DNA of 64,000 bases from Candidatus Kapaibacterium sp. (GTDB lineage Bacteria; Bacteroidota; Ignavibacteria; Kapaibacteriales; UBA2268). The stretch lies in assembly GCA_937995785.1 (NCBI GenBank), contig CALKJQ010000030.1, forward strand, positions 353-64,352, given 5' to 3'. Shown one piece after another: positions 1 through 9,796 of this stretch. A model generated the notes under the pieces. It worked only from the letters and a program-made list of their open reading frames with translations, was not told the DNA's origin and did not search any database. A program made the position numbers and the translations under genes. Each line of letters starts with the position of its first letter. Position 1 is the first letter of the stretch.

Positions 1-820
1 AAGATAAAAGTAATGATGCATAATTTGGTGTTACAGATTCGGCAAGTCTATTTATTTTATGATTAACAAAATAAATGGATACTAAGTCATTGTTCGAGAA
101 AGCCAACAAAGATTTCCGCAATTGGTTAATAACACTTGCGATATGTTGTGCATTAAAAGAATTTTCGATGATAAAATAAATATGGTTCTTGCCCGATTTA
201 CTAATTTTTTCTACGTTTGTTACCGAACAAGGTATCCTTACATTATCTTTCACAAACTGAAATGATAAATTATGATTTCCAAATTCAAGTTCATCTATAA
301 AATTGCCAAACAAATCTAATGGCATAAAATTAACTAAAATACCATTTTCTTGATTGAAGAAACCGGTTATCTTAATATTGTTTATTTTGGGATTATATTG
401 ATAAGGAATAATCCCCGAAAAATATTGCGACAATTCTAAAGAAATTGTATCGATATTACTTGTAATAAATTCCGAACCCGTTTGAATTTTGGGAACATAA
501 GGATTTACATTTACCTTTACTTTGAAAAATTTAGTATGTTCGGCATTGGCAGTGGCAATTGTAAATGTTGTTGTGTCGTCGGGGCAAACCCGAACAGAAT
601 CCTTGCTTGCATACTTTTTTGTTTGAAAAACAACTCTATCAGCATTTTTTATATCCCAAGATATGTAACAACACTTACCTTCTTCGATATCGTAAGTATC
701 AATAAAATCGATAGCTTCAATATCGCCCTTCATTCTTGGTTCGAGTAATGAACACGAAAAAACCAATTGAGCCAAAGCGATAATTAACATTAATGCATAT
801 AGTGTTGCTTTTAATTGCAT
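1..820 (-). CDS. Hypothetical lipoprotein, N-terminal part only (the gene runs off the window start); possible degenerate VWA-like segment
   Basis: A minus-strand frame opens at the ATG at 820-818 and stays open to position 1. It is missing from the ORF track because no stop is seen. The translation begins MQLKATLYALMLIIALAQLVFSCS (signal peptide plus lipobox Cys). A later stretch, HIYFIIENSFN...LVSIYFVNH, resembles a VWA strand/MIDAS region with D replaced by E. Confidence 0.5.
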   Translation of the reverse strand, partial: MQLKATLYALMLIIALAQLVFSCSLLEPRMKGDIEAIDFIDTYDIEEGKCCYISWDIKNADRVVFQTKKYASKDSVRVCPDDTTTFTIATANAEHTKFFKVKVNVNPYVPKIQTGSEFITSNIDTISLELSQYFSGIIPYQYNPKINNIKITGFFNQENGILVNFMPLDLFGNFIDELEFGNHNLSFQFVKDNVRIPCSVTNVEKISKSGKNHIYFIIENSFNAQHIASVINQLRKSLLAFSNNDLVSIYFVNHKINRLAESVTPNYASLLLS

Positions 821-883
821 TTATTTAATTAAATAAATCTCAAATTAAGAAATTTGTTGCAAATTTAGTGCAAATTTATAAAA

Positions 884-1480
884 TTATTTACCTAAAAATA
901 TTTCACGTCCACGATTGAGGGCGGCAATGTTTATTTCCACTACTCTGTCGCCTTTGCGACCAAATAAGGTTTTAATAGCATTTTCCAACATCGAAAACTC
1001 AATACCAATTTTACCGGCAGCAGCCCCGAGCAAAATCATGTTTGCGGCTTTGGATGAGCCAATTTTTCTGGCTTCCTCGTCGGCATCTATTATTATTGAA
1101 TTAGGTATAGCCATTATTGAATCCCAAATCTTGTCTAATTCTGGATAATTTGTAATATTTTTATAAGGATTCTTGTTCGAGATTATAATCCCGTCCATCG
1201 AAAGAAAATTTACATACCTTAATGCTTCCATCGGTTCAATTGATATTATAATGTCGGCAGATCCCATAGGAATCAAATCCGAATAAATCGGTTCGTTCGA
1301 GATTCTAAAATGAGATTGAACCTCTCCACCTCGTTGACTCATCCCGTGAACTTCGCTTTGCTTGAAAAATAATCTTGCTTCTAATGTTGCATAGCCAATT
1401 GCCGAAGCAATCGATACGATGCCCTGACCACCTACTCCCGAAATAATGATGTCGCGTTTAAAAAAACCATTTAAATTCAT
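884..1480 (-). CDS. iorB: Indolepyruvate/2-oxoacid:ferredoxin oxidoreductase, beta (gamma-type) subunit
   Basis: The N-terminus IIISGVGGQGIVSIASAIG...HGMSQRGGEV is typical of IorB/POR-gamma subunits. The gene lies 15 nt downstream of iorA. Confidence 0.8.
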   Translation of the reverse strand: MNLNGFFKRDIIISGVGGQGIVSIASAIGYATLEARLFFKQSEVHGMSQRGGEVQSHFRISNEPIYSDLIPMGSADIIISIEPMEALRYVNFLSMDGIIISNKNPYKNITNYPELDKIWDSIMAIPNSIIIDADEEARKIGSSKAANMILLGAAAGKIGIEFSMLENAIKTLFGRKGDRVVEINIAALNRGREIFLGK

Positions 1481-1495
1481 TATTCTATCTCCTTA

Positions 1496-3109
1496 TCAAT
1501 TTACTTTGGCTAATTTTTGCTTTTCTTTTCTTATCTCGTCCAATGCAACAATGCATTCACGGCGGGCAATTATAACACTCACGCCATCATAAGCCAATTC
1601 TTTTTTGAAAATCTCTACATTTTTTTCGTGATTTTTTCTCCTTGGGTCGATAACGTGCATATGTTCGGGGTGGACGCCTGTTCCTAATATAACACTTTCC
1701 AATCTGCCAAGCGCCATCGACGCCTGGCCACCGGTCATTGCAGTTATTTCATTGTCCACAATCAATATAGTTACCGGAGTGTTGTAGGCAACGCAATCAA
1801 CCAAACCGGTTATTCCACTGTGCATAAAGGTAGAATCTCCGATCACACTCACTGCTGGCACTAATCCTGCATCTGCTGCCCCTTTTGCCATTGTTATCGA
1901 AGCACCCATATCCACGCACGAATTAATCGAATTGAATGGCGGATAGGCGCCAAGTGTGTAGCAGCCAATATCCGACATCACCCGACCTGTGGTATAATCG
2001 GCTAATGCCTCGTTCAAAGCTTCGTAGGAATCTATATGAGGACATCCATTGCACAATTGAGGAGGACGATTTACTAAAAAATCGTAATTCACATCCCGAT
2101 AACTGCTCTCTATTCCAAACACTTTACCAACTATATTAGGATTAAGTTCGCCCTTGCGAGGCAAAGAGCCATCCAACCTTCCGTGAACGGGCTTGCCTAT
2201 GCCCATAATTCCTTTCAATTGTTCTTCGATTAGGGGATAACCTTCTTCGATTACCAAAACTTCGTCCACACTTTCCACTAATTGTTTTATCATCGCCGTT
2301 GGCAATGGATACTGAGTTATCCTTAACATTGGGTAGGGAAAATTCTTATGTTGAAAGTTTTCCATAATATAATTATAAGCAATACCCGAAACGATTACAC
2401 CCAATTTCTTGTCCACTCCATCAATTAATTTGTTGAAACCAGACTCAGTAGATTCCTTTTCGAATGCTTCTTGCTTGTTTAACAACATTTCGTATCTTTT
2501 CCTTGCAATCGAAGGTAGTAATACAAATTGCCTTAGATCTGCGGGCAACTTTAATTCATTCTCTTTTTTAGGTACGTTGAGAGTTACTCCGGCACGCGAA
2601 TGCGCCAATCGTGTGGTAATTCTCATTAAAACTGGGGTGCCATACTTTTCGGACAAATCGAATCCATAATGAACCATATCATAAGCTTCTTGTTGGTCGT
2701 GTGGTTCCAATGTTGGAATCAAAGCAAATTTACCATAATAACGCGAATCTTGTTCATTTTGCGAAGAGTGCATCGAAGGGTCGTCTGCCGAAACAATAAT
2801 CAATCCGCCATTTGCTCCCGTAATAGCCGAATTCATAAATGGGTCGGCGGCGACGTTCAAACCAACGTGCTTCATACAAGCCATAGCTCGTTTGCCCGCA
2901 TAAGAAACTCCAATTGCCGCTTCGACCGAGGTCTTTTCGTTCGAAGTCCAGTGAGATTTAATTCCCTTTTCTTTTGCTTGTTTGGAACGACTAACATATT
3001 CGGTAATTTCTGTCGAAGGGGTGCCCGGATATGCATAAATTGCAGTAATGCCTGCATCAATTGCCGCTTGGGCAATTGCTTCGTCGCCTAATAGTGGTAA
3101 TTTTTTCAT
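1496..3109 (-). CDS. iorA: Indolepyruvate:ferredoxin oxidoreductase, alpha subunit (TPP-binding)
   Basis: The N-terminus GDEAIAQAAIDAGITAIYAYPGTPSTEI and the TPP motif GDSTFMHSGITGL are present. A CNGCPH cysteine motif is also seen, and iorB follows. Confidence 0.85.
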   Translation of the reverse strand: MKKLPLLGDEAIAQAAIDAGITAIYAYPGTPSTEITEYVSRSKQAKEKGIKSHWTSNEKTSVEAAIGVSYAGKRAMACMKHVGLNVAADPFMNSAITGANGGLIIVSADDPSMHSSQNEQDSRYYGKFALIPTLEPHDQQEAYDMVHYGFDLSEKYGTPVLMRITTRLAHSRAGVTLNVPKKENELKLPADLRQFVLLPSIARKRYEMLLNKQEAFEKESTESGFNKLIDGVDKKLGVIVSGIAYNYIMENFQHKNFPYPMLRITQYPLPTAMIKQLVESVDEVLVIEEGYPLIEEQLKGIMGIGKPVHGRLDGSLPRKGELNPNIVGKVFGIESSYRDVNYDFLVNRPPQLCNGCPHIDSYEALNEALADYTTGRVMSDIGCYTLGAYPPFNSINSCVDMGASITMAKGAADAGLVPAVSVIGDSTFMHSGITGLVDCVAYNTPVTILIVDNEITAMTGGQASMALGRLESVILGTGVHPEHMHVIDPRRKNHEKNVEIFKKELAYDGVSVIIARRECIVALDEIRKEKQKLAKVN

Positions 3110-4077
3110 ATTCTTTCTATGTTTTCGTTATAATTAATATTCTTAATCTGTTTAATTAATTTCCTTGCCTGTCGCTCGTCTTTTCTTATTTGTTGAACCA
3201 ATTCGTCTGTGTTTGCAAACTTTATCTCTTCTCTAAGGTACTTTAGGAATCTAACCCTAATTTTCTTTTCATACAAATCTCCTTCGTAATCCAAATAATT
3301 GACTTCCAATGTTGGCTTTGTGTCGTTAGTCAAAGTTGGTCTTGTGCCTATATTAGCGATACCGAATTTATTCTCACCATCTATTTCCGAGATTACCAAA
3401 TAAACGCCTTGCTTTGGGAAAAGTTTGTGGATGTTTTCGGGTTTGATATTTGCGGTTGGATAACCAAGTTGTGCCCCCATACCTCGCCCAAATTGAACTT
3501 TTCCTTCTATCAAATAATTGTAACTCAACAAATCATTTGCTTTTTCTAATTCCCCTTCCTTGAGTAAGTTGCGGATTAAAGTGCTCGATACGATTTTATT
3601 ATCCCAATAAAAAGGTTCGCATTTTTCGACATCAAAACCAAGTTTTTGCGATAGGAAAATTAGTGTGTTGATGTTGCCTTTCCTATCTTTGCCAAAATTA
3701 TGGTCGTAACCAACTAGTATCTTTTTAAATCCGATTTTACTAAATAATGTTTCAATAAATTCTTCGGGTTCGTATTTGGAAAACTCATAAGTAAAATCTA
3801 TTACTAATACATTTTCTACTTCGTGTTGTTCGAACAATTCTAATCTTTCGGTGATAGTGGTTAAAAGATGCATCTCGGGTTTATCTGCTCTTTGAACTAT
3901 TATTTGGGGGTGGGGATCGAATGTTATTACAATTGGACGGCGCCCATTCGATAGATATTCGTTTTTCAATTTTTTAAGAATTTGTTGGTGCCCGCGATGA
4001 ATTCCATCGAAAGTGCCAATCGTAATTATTGAATTTTCCACAAACGGAACTTCATCTATTTGATAAAAAACATTCAT
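3106..4077 (-). CDS. ribF: Bifunctional riboflavin kinase / FMN adenylyltransferase
   Basis: GTFDGIHRGHQ is the nucleotidyltransferase motif. The C-terminal GRGMGAQLGYPTANI is the riboflavin kinase motif. Confidence 0.9.
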   Translation of the reverse strand: MNVFYQIDEVPFVENSIITIGTFDGIHRGHQQILKKLKNEYLSNGRRPIVITFDPHPQIIVQRADKPEMHLLTTITERLELFEQHEVENVLVIDFTYEFSKYEPEEFIETLFSKIGFKKILVGYDHNFGKDRKGNINTLIFLSQKLGFDVEKCEPFYWDNKIVSSTLIRNLLKEGELEKANDLLSYNYLIEGKVQFGRGMGAQLGYPTANIKPENIHKLFPKQGVYLVISEIDGENKFGIANIGTRPTLTNDTKPTLEVNYLDYEGDLYEKKIRVRFLKYLREEIKFANTDELVQQIRKDERQARKLIKQIKNINYNENIERI

Positions 4078-4157
4078 AAATTGGTAATTGTAAAAATGTA
4101 AAATTACTCAATTTTTATTGATTTATAATCTAATATTTAAGGCAATATTAATAAATA

Positions 4158-4874
4158 TTAATCTTTTTGTAGTATTCTCAACAAATCCGAAAATTCAATT
4201 GCTGATGTAATTCCGAAATTATCGATTTTTGTTCTTACAAGTTGATACAAATACCCAGTGGTTCCTAAGTCGTTTGCAAAGTCCTCGGCAAATTTGCGCA
4301 CATAAAAACCTTTGGAGACACTAATAGTAAAATGAATAAATGGAGGGTCTATTTCACAAATTTTTAGTGATTCCACTTTCACCACTTTGGGAGATAGTTC
4401 TTTATCTTTATTATTTCTTGCATAATTATATGCAGAACTTCCCTCAATCTTAACAGCAGAATAAATTGGAGGAACTTGGTCGATTTCGCCGATGTATTTA
4501 TTGATTAAATTGGATATTTTCTCGCTATCTATTTCTGGAACCAAATCTTCGCCTATTTCGGGGGTCTCTTTGTCCAACGAAGGAGTAGATTTGCCAAGTT
4601 TTATTATTCCTTGATATTCTTTATTCAATCCCGTAAGTTCATTCAATAGTTTTGTAGATTTACCAATAGCAACAATCATCAAACCCGAAGCAAGTGGATC
4701 GAGAGTTCCCGAATGACCTATTTTGAAATTCTTAAAATGCCTTTTCAATTGTTTAACCAAGCCAAACGAAGTGATGCCAACAGGTTTATTTATAATAATA
4801 ATGCCTCCGTTTAGGGGAAGCATTGAATACCAATCGGCAAATGAGCTTAAATTTGTGCTCGATAATATATTCAT
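4158..4874 (-). CDS. truB: tRNA pseudouridine(55) synthase
   Basis: The catalytic-Asp motif GHSGTLDPLASGLM is present. The position after rbfA is the conserved one. Confidence 0.9.
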   Translation of the reverse strand: MNILSSTNLSSFADWYSMLPLNGGIIIINKPVGITSFGLVKQLKRHFKNFKIGHSGTLDPLASGLMIVAIGKSTKLLNELTGLNKEYQGIIKLGKSTPSLDKETPEIGEDLVPEIDSEKISNLINKYIGEIDQVPPIYSAVKIEGSSAYNYARNNKDKELSPKVVKVESLKICEIDPPFIHFTISVSKGFYVRKFAEDFANDLGTTGYLYQLVRTKIDNFGITSAIEFSDLLRILQKD

Positions 4875-4879
4875 CAGAA

Positions 4880-5227
4880 CTACTCTTTCGGTTTGACTGA
4901 GTTCATTAAGTTTTGGATGTGTTCGATTTCGTCTAAAGTTTCGTCCAAAAAGAATTTTAAATCGGGGATCACTCTGATTTTCATTTTTTTTGCAATATCG
5001 TTACGATATATCGATTTATTAGTATTAAGATAATCAATTACTTCCAAAGGTGTTACCTTGGTGGCAATTGTACTAATATAAACTTTTGCCAATGAAAGAT
5101 CTTTCGTTACCTTTACTGTTGTAACGCTCACCAACCCACCGCCAATTTCTCGTCCTAAAAAAGAAATGGTTTCGGAAAGAATTTTGCGAATTTCCTTACC
5201 TAATCTATCAATTCTATAACTTTCCAT
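4880..5227 (-). CDS. rbfA: Ribosome-binding factor A
   Basis: The 115-aa size and the RIDRLGKEIRKILSE N-terminus fit RbfA. Its start overlaps the infB stop by 1 nt (TAATG). Confidence 0.85.
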   Translation of the reverse strand: MESYRIDRLGKEIRKILSETISFLGREIGGGLVSVTTVKVTKDLSLAKVYISTIATKVTPLEVIDYLNTNKSIYRNDIAKKMKIRVIPDLKFFLDETLDEIEHIQNLMNSVKPKE

Positions 5228-8200
5228 TACTGTAGTTTTCGTTTAATTTCTATTATTTTATAGCTTTCGAGCGAATCACCAATTTCGAAAGTATTGAAGT
5301 TACTAACCATCACACCGCATTCATAACCAGCATCTACTTCGCGAACATCATCTTTCTCGCGTTTTAACGAAGTAATGTTACCTGTATGGATAATAAAACC
5401 ATCGCGAATAACCTTGATTTTATCACTTTTTGATATTTTACCTTGTTGGACATAACAGCCAGCAATAGTACCAATTTTTGAAATTTTAAATGTACGGCGA
5501 ACTTCGAGAACAGCAGTTGTTTGTTCTTGATATTCGGGCGACAATAAGCCTTCGAGCGCCATACGAACTTCATTGATACAGTCGTAAATTATGTTATATT
5601 GCCTAATATCAACATTTTCGATATCGGCCAATTTGCGGGCATTACCCTCTACGCTGGTATTAAATCCAATAATAACAGCTTCGGATGCAGAAGCCAAAAT
5701 CACATCGGCTTCGAGAACGGCACCAACGCCCTTATGAATTATTTGAACACGTACTTCATCGGTACTAATTTTGATTAACGAATCGCTCAATGCTTCCACC
5801 GATCCAGCCACATCAGCTTTTATAATTAATTTAAGGTCTTTAACGTTGCCTTCTTGAATTTTTTGCGAAATATCATCCAATGATATTTTGCGGACTTGTC
5901 GCATTCCTAATTCGCGTTTTAGTATATCCCTTTCTCTGGCTATCTGGCGAGCTTCCACATCGGAGGAGACCACATTGAAAGTATCTCCAGCTTCGGGCAG
6001 TGTGTCGAAACCTACAACTAAAACCGGATCTGCTGGCAAAGCTTTGTCCACACGATTTTCTCTCTCGTCCAGCATTGCTTTAACCCTTCCCGAGGCAACT
6101 CCCGCAACAAATGGATCGCCCACCTTTAGCGTTCCACTTTGAATAATAATTGTTGCTACCGGTCCGAATCCTTTCTTCATAACGGCTTCGATTACTGTTG
6201 CTCGAGCTTTTTTGTTTGGATTGGCTGTTAAATTCAAAAGTTCTGCTTCAATAAGAATTTTTTCGAGTAATTGATCTATATTTTTACCAAACTTTGCAGA
6301 AATTTCCACACTTTGGTATTTTCCACCCCAATCTTCGATTAAAATGCCATGGTCTGACAGCTGCTGTTTAATTCTGTCTGGATTGGCATCGGGCTTGTCC
6401 ACTTTATTTATTGCAACAATGATAGGAACTCCCGCAGCTTTGGCGTGGCTAATTGCTTCTATTGTTTGAGGCATTACGCTATCGTCGGCGGCTACAACCA
6501 AAACCACAATATCTGTAACCTGTGCACCTCTTGCTCTCATCGCTGTGAATGCGGCATGGCCAGGAGTATCGAGGAAAGTAATCATCTTGCCATCGGGCAA
6601 CTCAACCTGGTAAGCACCGATATGCTGAGTTATTCCTCCTGCTTCGCCTGCCACGACATTGGCGCTACGAATATAATCGAGCAATGATGTTTTGCCATGA
6701 TCGACGTGTCCCATTATGGTTACAATTGGAGGTCGTGGAACAACCTCGTCTTCGTTCTCCTCTTCGATTTCTTCTTCGATGACGTTGGATTCTTCATAGA
6801 ACTCAACCTGGTACCCAAAATCCTCTGCAAGCAGAGATATAGTGTCTTTATCCAAACGTTGATTAATTGTTACCATCAAACCCATCTGCATGCACTTCAG
6901 AATTATTTGATTTGGCAACACATTCATTGCTTTGGCTAATTCGCTTGTTGTAATAAATTCAGTAAGCTCCAATACGTTTGCTCTTTCTTCTTCTGCTCTC
7001 TGTCGGATTAGGGCTTTTTCTTCTCGTTCTATCTTTTTCTTTTGCTTTATTTTGGAGCGAGAACCACCGGTGGCATGCTGGGTGTCCATCTCCATCATTG
7101 TTTCGCGAACTGCACGGTCAATATCAACATCTGAAATCTGTTCTCTAATTAATTTTTTATGTTTTTTGGTTAATTTATCTTCTTTGGTTTTAGATTTTTC
7201 TTTCGTTTTTACTTTTGGAGCAACTTTTGCAACTTCTTCATCTGCACCAATTTTTTTGAATTTAATATCTTTATCTTTGCTAAAAGGTTTGGCAGTACCG
7301 GGCTGTGGAACTGGAACAATTGGCTGAATAATCCTATCTGGTCGTGGCGGTTTGTCTGTTGGTCTGTTTGGTCTTTTATCGGTCTTGTCGAATCGATTAA
7401 GCTCTTTTCGTGGTCCATCAGACCTTTCGGTTTTATCGCCCCTGTATGGTCTTTCTGTGTTTTTTTCAAACCTATTTCCACTACGCTCGGTTCTTTCACC
7501 TTGTGGGTAATTTCTACCTGTGTTTCTGTCCCCTTCTCTCCTTTTTCCTTTATCTAAATCAATTTTCCCGACAATTGTTAGTCCAGGAATCTTGGATGAA
7601 GTAGATACTACTTCAACTAATTTTTGTCTTTTTTTCTTTTGTCTATCGCCACTTTCTCTACTTTTTTCGGTTGAACTTTGTCCTATTGAAGATAAGTCCT
7701 TGTTTTTGGATTCATCCTGTTTTGTTTCGGGTTCGAGTTGAGGTTGTTCTTGTTGTTCTTGGGCGATTTCTATCGGAGTTTGCAAAGAAGGTTGTTCAGT
7801 TATCGTTTCGGTAGGTTCGATTGGCGTTTCTTCTTTTTTTATCTCAATAGGCTCTACTTGTTCAATAGGTTCAACTTTTAGAGCAGGTTCGGCTTTATCT
7901 TCTTTTAATTGTTCTATTTCTGCAGTAATATGATATTCAGATTTTGGTTCTGGTTTTTTGTCTTTTTCCAAATCAATTTTATCAATGATTTTTAGCTCGA
8001 CTTTTGCGGGGGTATTTGTTTGAGTTTGAACTTCTTGAGTTTGTTTGACGGCAACTTCGGGTTCTGCTTTTATCGAGGCATCATCTTCGTTAACTTTTTC
8101 GTCTTTTGTGTCTGCACCGTGGACATTACGGAGAATGTGGTGCTTTTCGAGTTTTTCTCTTTGCTTTTCGGCAGCAATTTTTTCTCGTTTGAATTTCTCA

Positions 8201-8352
8201 TAAACTAATTCTACCATTTCTTCGGTGAGAATGGCTGTAGCTTTATTTTGGATATCAAATCCTTTATGTTGCAGAAATTCGACAATTGCTTCCCGCCCAA
8301 TGTTGATTTCGGAAGCAATTTTAAATAATTTCAGGTTTGGATTAGCTGCCAT
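5227..8352 (-). CDS. infB: Translation initiation factor IF-2
   Basis: The G-domain motifs [20 protein letters not shown] and NKVDK are present. There is an IF2-N helix at the N-terminus and a long K/E/P/R-rich variable linker. Confidence 0.95.
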   Translation of the reverse strand: MAANPNLKLFKIASEINIGREAIVEFLQHKGFDIQNKATAILTEEMVELVYEKFKREKIAAEKQREKLEKHHILRNVHGADTKDEKVNEDDASIKAEPEVAVKQTQEVQTQTNTPAKVELKIIDKIDLEKDKKPEPKSEYHITAEIEQLKEDKAEPALKVEPIEQVEPIEIKKEETPIEPTETITEQPSLQTPIEIAQEQQEQPQLEPETKQDESKNKDLSSIGQSSTEKSRESGDRQKKKRQKLVEVVSTSSKIPGLTIVGKIDLDKGKRREGDRNTGRNYPQGERTERSGNRFEKNTERPYRGDKTERSDGPRKELNRFDKTDKRPNRPTDKPPRPDRIIQPIVPVPQPGTAKPFSKDKDIKFKKIGADEEVAKVAPKVKTKEKSKTKEDKLTKKHKKLIREQISDVDIDRAVRETMMEMDTQHATGGSRSKIKQKKKIEREEKALIRQRAEEERANVLELTEFITTSELAKAMNVLPNQIILKCMQMGLMVTINQRLDKDTISLLAEDFGYQVEFYEESNVIEEEIEEENEDEVVPRPPIVTIMGHVDHGKTSLLDYIRSANVVAGEAGGITQHIGAYQVELPDGKMITFLDTPGHAAFTAMRARGAQVTDIVVLVVAADDSVMPQTIEAISHAKAAGVPIIVAINKVDKPDANPDRIKQQLSDHGILIEDWGGKYQSVEISAKFGKNIDQLLEKILIEAELLNLTANPNKKARATVIEAVMKKGFGPVATIIIQSGTLKVGDPFVAGVASGRVKAMLDERENRVDKALPADPVLVVGFDTLPEAGDTFNVVSSDVEARQIARERDILKRELGMRQVRKISLDDISQKIQEGNVKDLKLIIKADVAGSVEALSDSLIKISTDEVRVQIIHKGVGAVLEADVILASASEAVIIGFNTSVEGNARKLADIENVDIRQYNIIYDCINEVRMALEGLLSPEYQEQTTAVLEVRRTFKISKIGTIAGCYVQQGKISKSDKIKVIRDGFIIHTGNITSLKREKDDVREVDAGYECGVMVSNFNTFEIGDSLESYKIIEIKRKLQ

Positions 8353-8362
8353 ATTTCTTGTT

Positions 8363-9688
8363 TTAGTTTGTTAAACTATTTAATTTTTCAATATATTCGG
8401 GGTTTTCTTCTTCTTCGAATTCAGTTAAAATAATTCTTCTAATTTCCAGAATGAAGTTATTGTCGATGCCTTCGATAGTAAGTAGGTATTCGGGATCGGC
8501 TTCTAAGAAATCGCGTGCTGTTTTAATGTCTTTCTCAATAAGTTTGTTAATTAATTCTTCGCCGATCTCTTCGTTGAATTCTGCAATATCGATGTCTTCT
8601 GATGCTTCTTTAATCAAGGTTAGATTATAACCTGTTAATTGTGATGCCAAGCGTATATTCTGACCATTAGTTCCAATTGCTAAAGGCACCTGATCTTCGG
8701 TAACGATTACGTTGGCGGAGCGAGTATCTTCGAAAAGTTGAATTTCTTTAGCTTGTGCTGGTAATAGTGCTCTTTGGATAAAGGTCTGTGGATCGTCGGA
8801 ATATTCAATTAAATCGATGTTTTCGTTGTTGAGCTCACGAACGATTGAATGAATACGAACGCCCTTCATTCCAACGCAGGCTCCAACTGGATCGACGCGA
8901 TCATCAAAGGATTGGACGGCAACTTTGGAACGTCGCCCGGGATCTCTGGCTATTGCTTTGATTTGGATAAGACCATCATAAATCTCAGGAATTTCAATTT
9001 CGAACAATCGTTCTAAAAACTTTTCGTTGGCGCGCGACAAAATAATTTCGGGTAATCCCGCAGGTCCATTCTTTTTAACAGCTTTGATAACGGATTTTAT
9101 ATTCTGATTTTTTTTATACTTCATACTTTCGGTGGGAATTTGCTCCTCGCGAGGCATATGCATTTCCACCTTATTGTGCATAATAAGCAAATCGTTTCGT
9201 CGAATTTGGTAAATTTCTCCGACGATAACTTCACCAATTTTATTGGCGTATTCGTTATATATATTATTCTTTTCAATTTCTTTAATTCTCTGGGTTAGAG
9301 ATTGGGTTGCTAAATTGATCAATCTTCGCCCAAAGCTCTCGCCAATGCTATCCAAAGAAATTTCAATAACAAACTCTTCTCCAATTTCGCAGGGTTCATC
9401 GCTTATTTTCATTGCTTCGTCCAAACTTATTTCTAATATTGGGTCTTCCACAACTTCAACGATTGTTTTCATTAAGTAAATTTCGATATCACCTTTTTCC
9501 ATATTTACGATAATATCAAAATTGGCTTCGTTGCCATACTTTTTACGAACCAAAAGCGAAAGCGTATCTTCTAGGATACCTTGTAGCAAATCGCGGTCGA
9601 TACCCTTGTATTTAGCCATTTCTGCAAAGGCTTCAACGATTGTTTGTTTGTTGATTTCTGGTTTTCTTCTTAATCTTGCCATACTCAA
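8363..9688 (-). CDS. nusA: Transcription termination/antitermination factor NusA
   Basis: An S1 plus KH architecture is indicated by VGACVGMKGVRIHSIVREL. The gene sits immediately upstream of infB. Confidence 0.9.
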   Translation of the reverse strand: MSMARLRRKPEINKQTIVEAFAEMAKYKGIDRDLLQGILEDTLSLLVRKKYGNEANFDIIVNMEKGDIEIYLMKTIVEVVEDPILEISLDEAMKISDEPCEIGEEFVIEISLDSIGESFGRRLINLATQSLTQRIKEIEKNNIYNEYANKIGEVIVGEIYQIRRNDLLIMHNKVEMHMPREEQIPTESMKYKKNQNIKSVIKAVKKNGPAGLPEIILSRANEKFLERLFEIEIPEIYDGLIQIKAIARDPGRRSKVAVQSFDDRVDPVGACVGMKGVRIHSIVRELNNENIDLIEYSDDPQTFIQRALLPAQAKEIQLFEDTRSANVIVTEDQVPLAIGTNGQNIRLASQLTGYNLTLIKEASEDIDIAEFNEEIGEELINKLIEKDIKTARDFLEADPEYLLTIEGIDNNFILEIRRIILTEFEEEENPEYIEKLNSLTN

Positions 9689-9703
9689 AATCCGTTATCT
9701 TAC

Positions 9704-9724
9704 AAAAAAAAGGGCTTGTGCCCC
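9704..9724 (-). promoter_or_regulatory. Small hairpin plus U8 tract in the nusA 5' leader (terminator/attenuator-like)
   Basis: The minus-strand RNA reads GGGGC-ACAA-GCCC followed by UUUUUUUU, 15 nt before the nusA ATG. No upstream co-directional gene exists that it could terminate. Confidence 0.3.
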
Positions 9725-9796
9725 ATCTTGCTTTCACAAAATTAACTATTTTTTCGTCAATAACATAATATTTTTAATAATTTTTTTTGGTGGTTT

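Noticed and set aside
482-748. An 88-aa plus-strand ORF from the track.
   Set aside because: It lies antisense inside a longer minus-strand open frame (1-820) that has a convincing signal peptide and lipobox. Its sequence is low-complexity and Cys/Phe-rich, typical of a shadow ORF.
6932-7327. A 131-aa plus-strand ORF, with similar ones at 2669-3091, 5888-6142, 6445-6939 and 7410-7741.
   Set aside because: All lie antisense within the strongly supported iorA or infB genes. Their serine/leucine/phenylalanine-rich composition is typical of shadow frames.
7033-8175. A repetitive K/E/P/R/T-rich stretch that looked like a tandem repeat or low-complexity insertion.
   Set aside because: It is the hypervariable N-terminal linker of IF-2, which is commonly low-complexity. 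The imperfect TER..(R/N)(F/Y)(E/D)K units are not exact DNA repeats.
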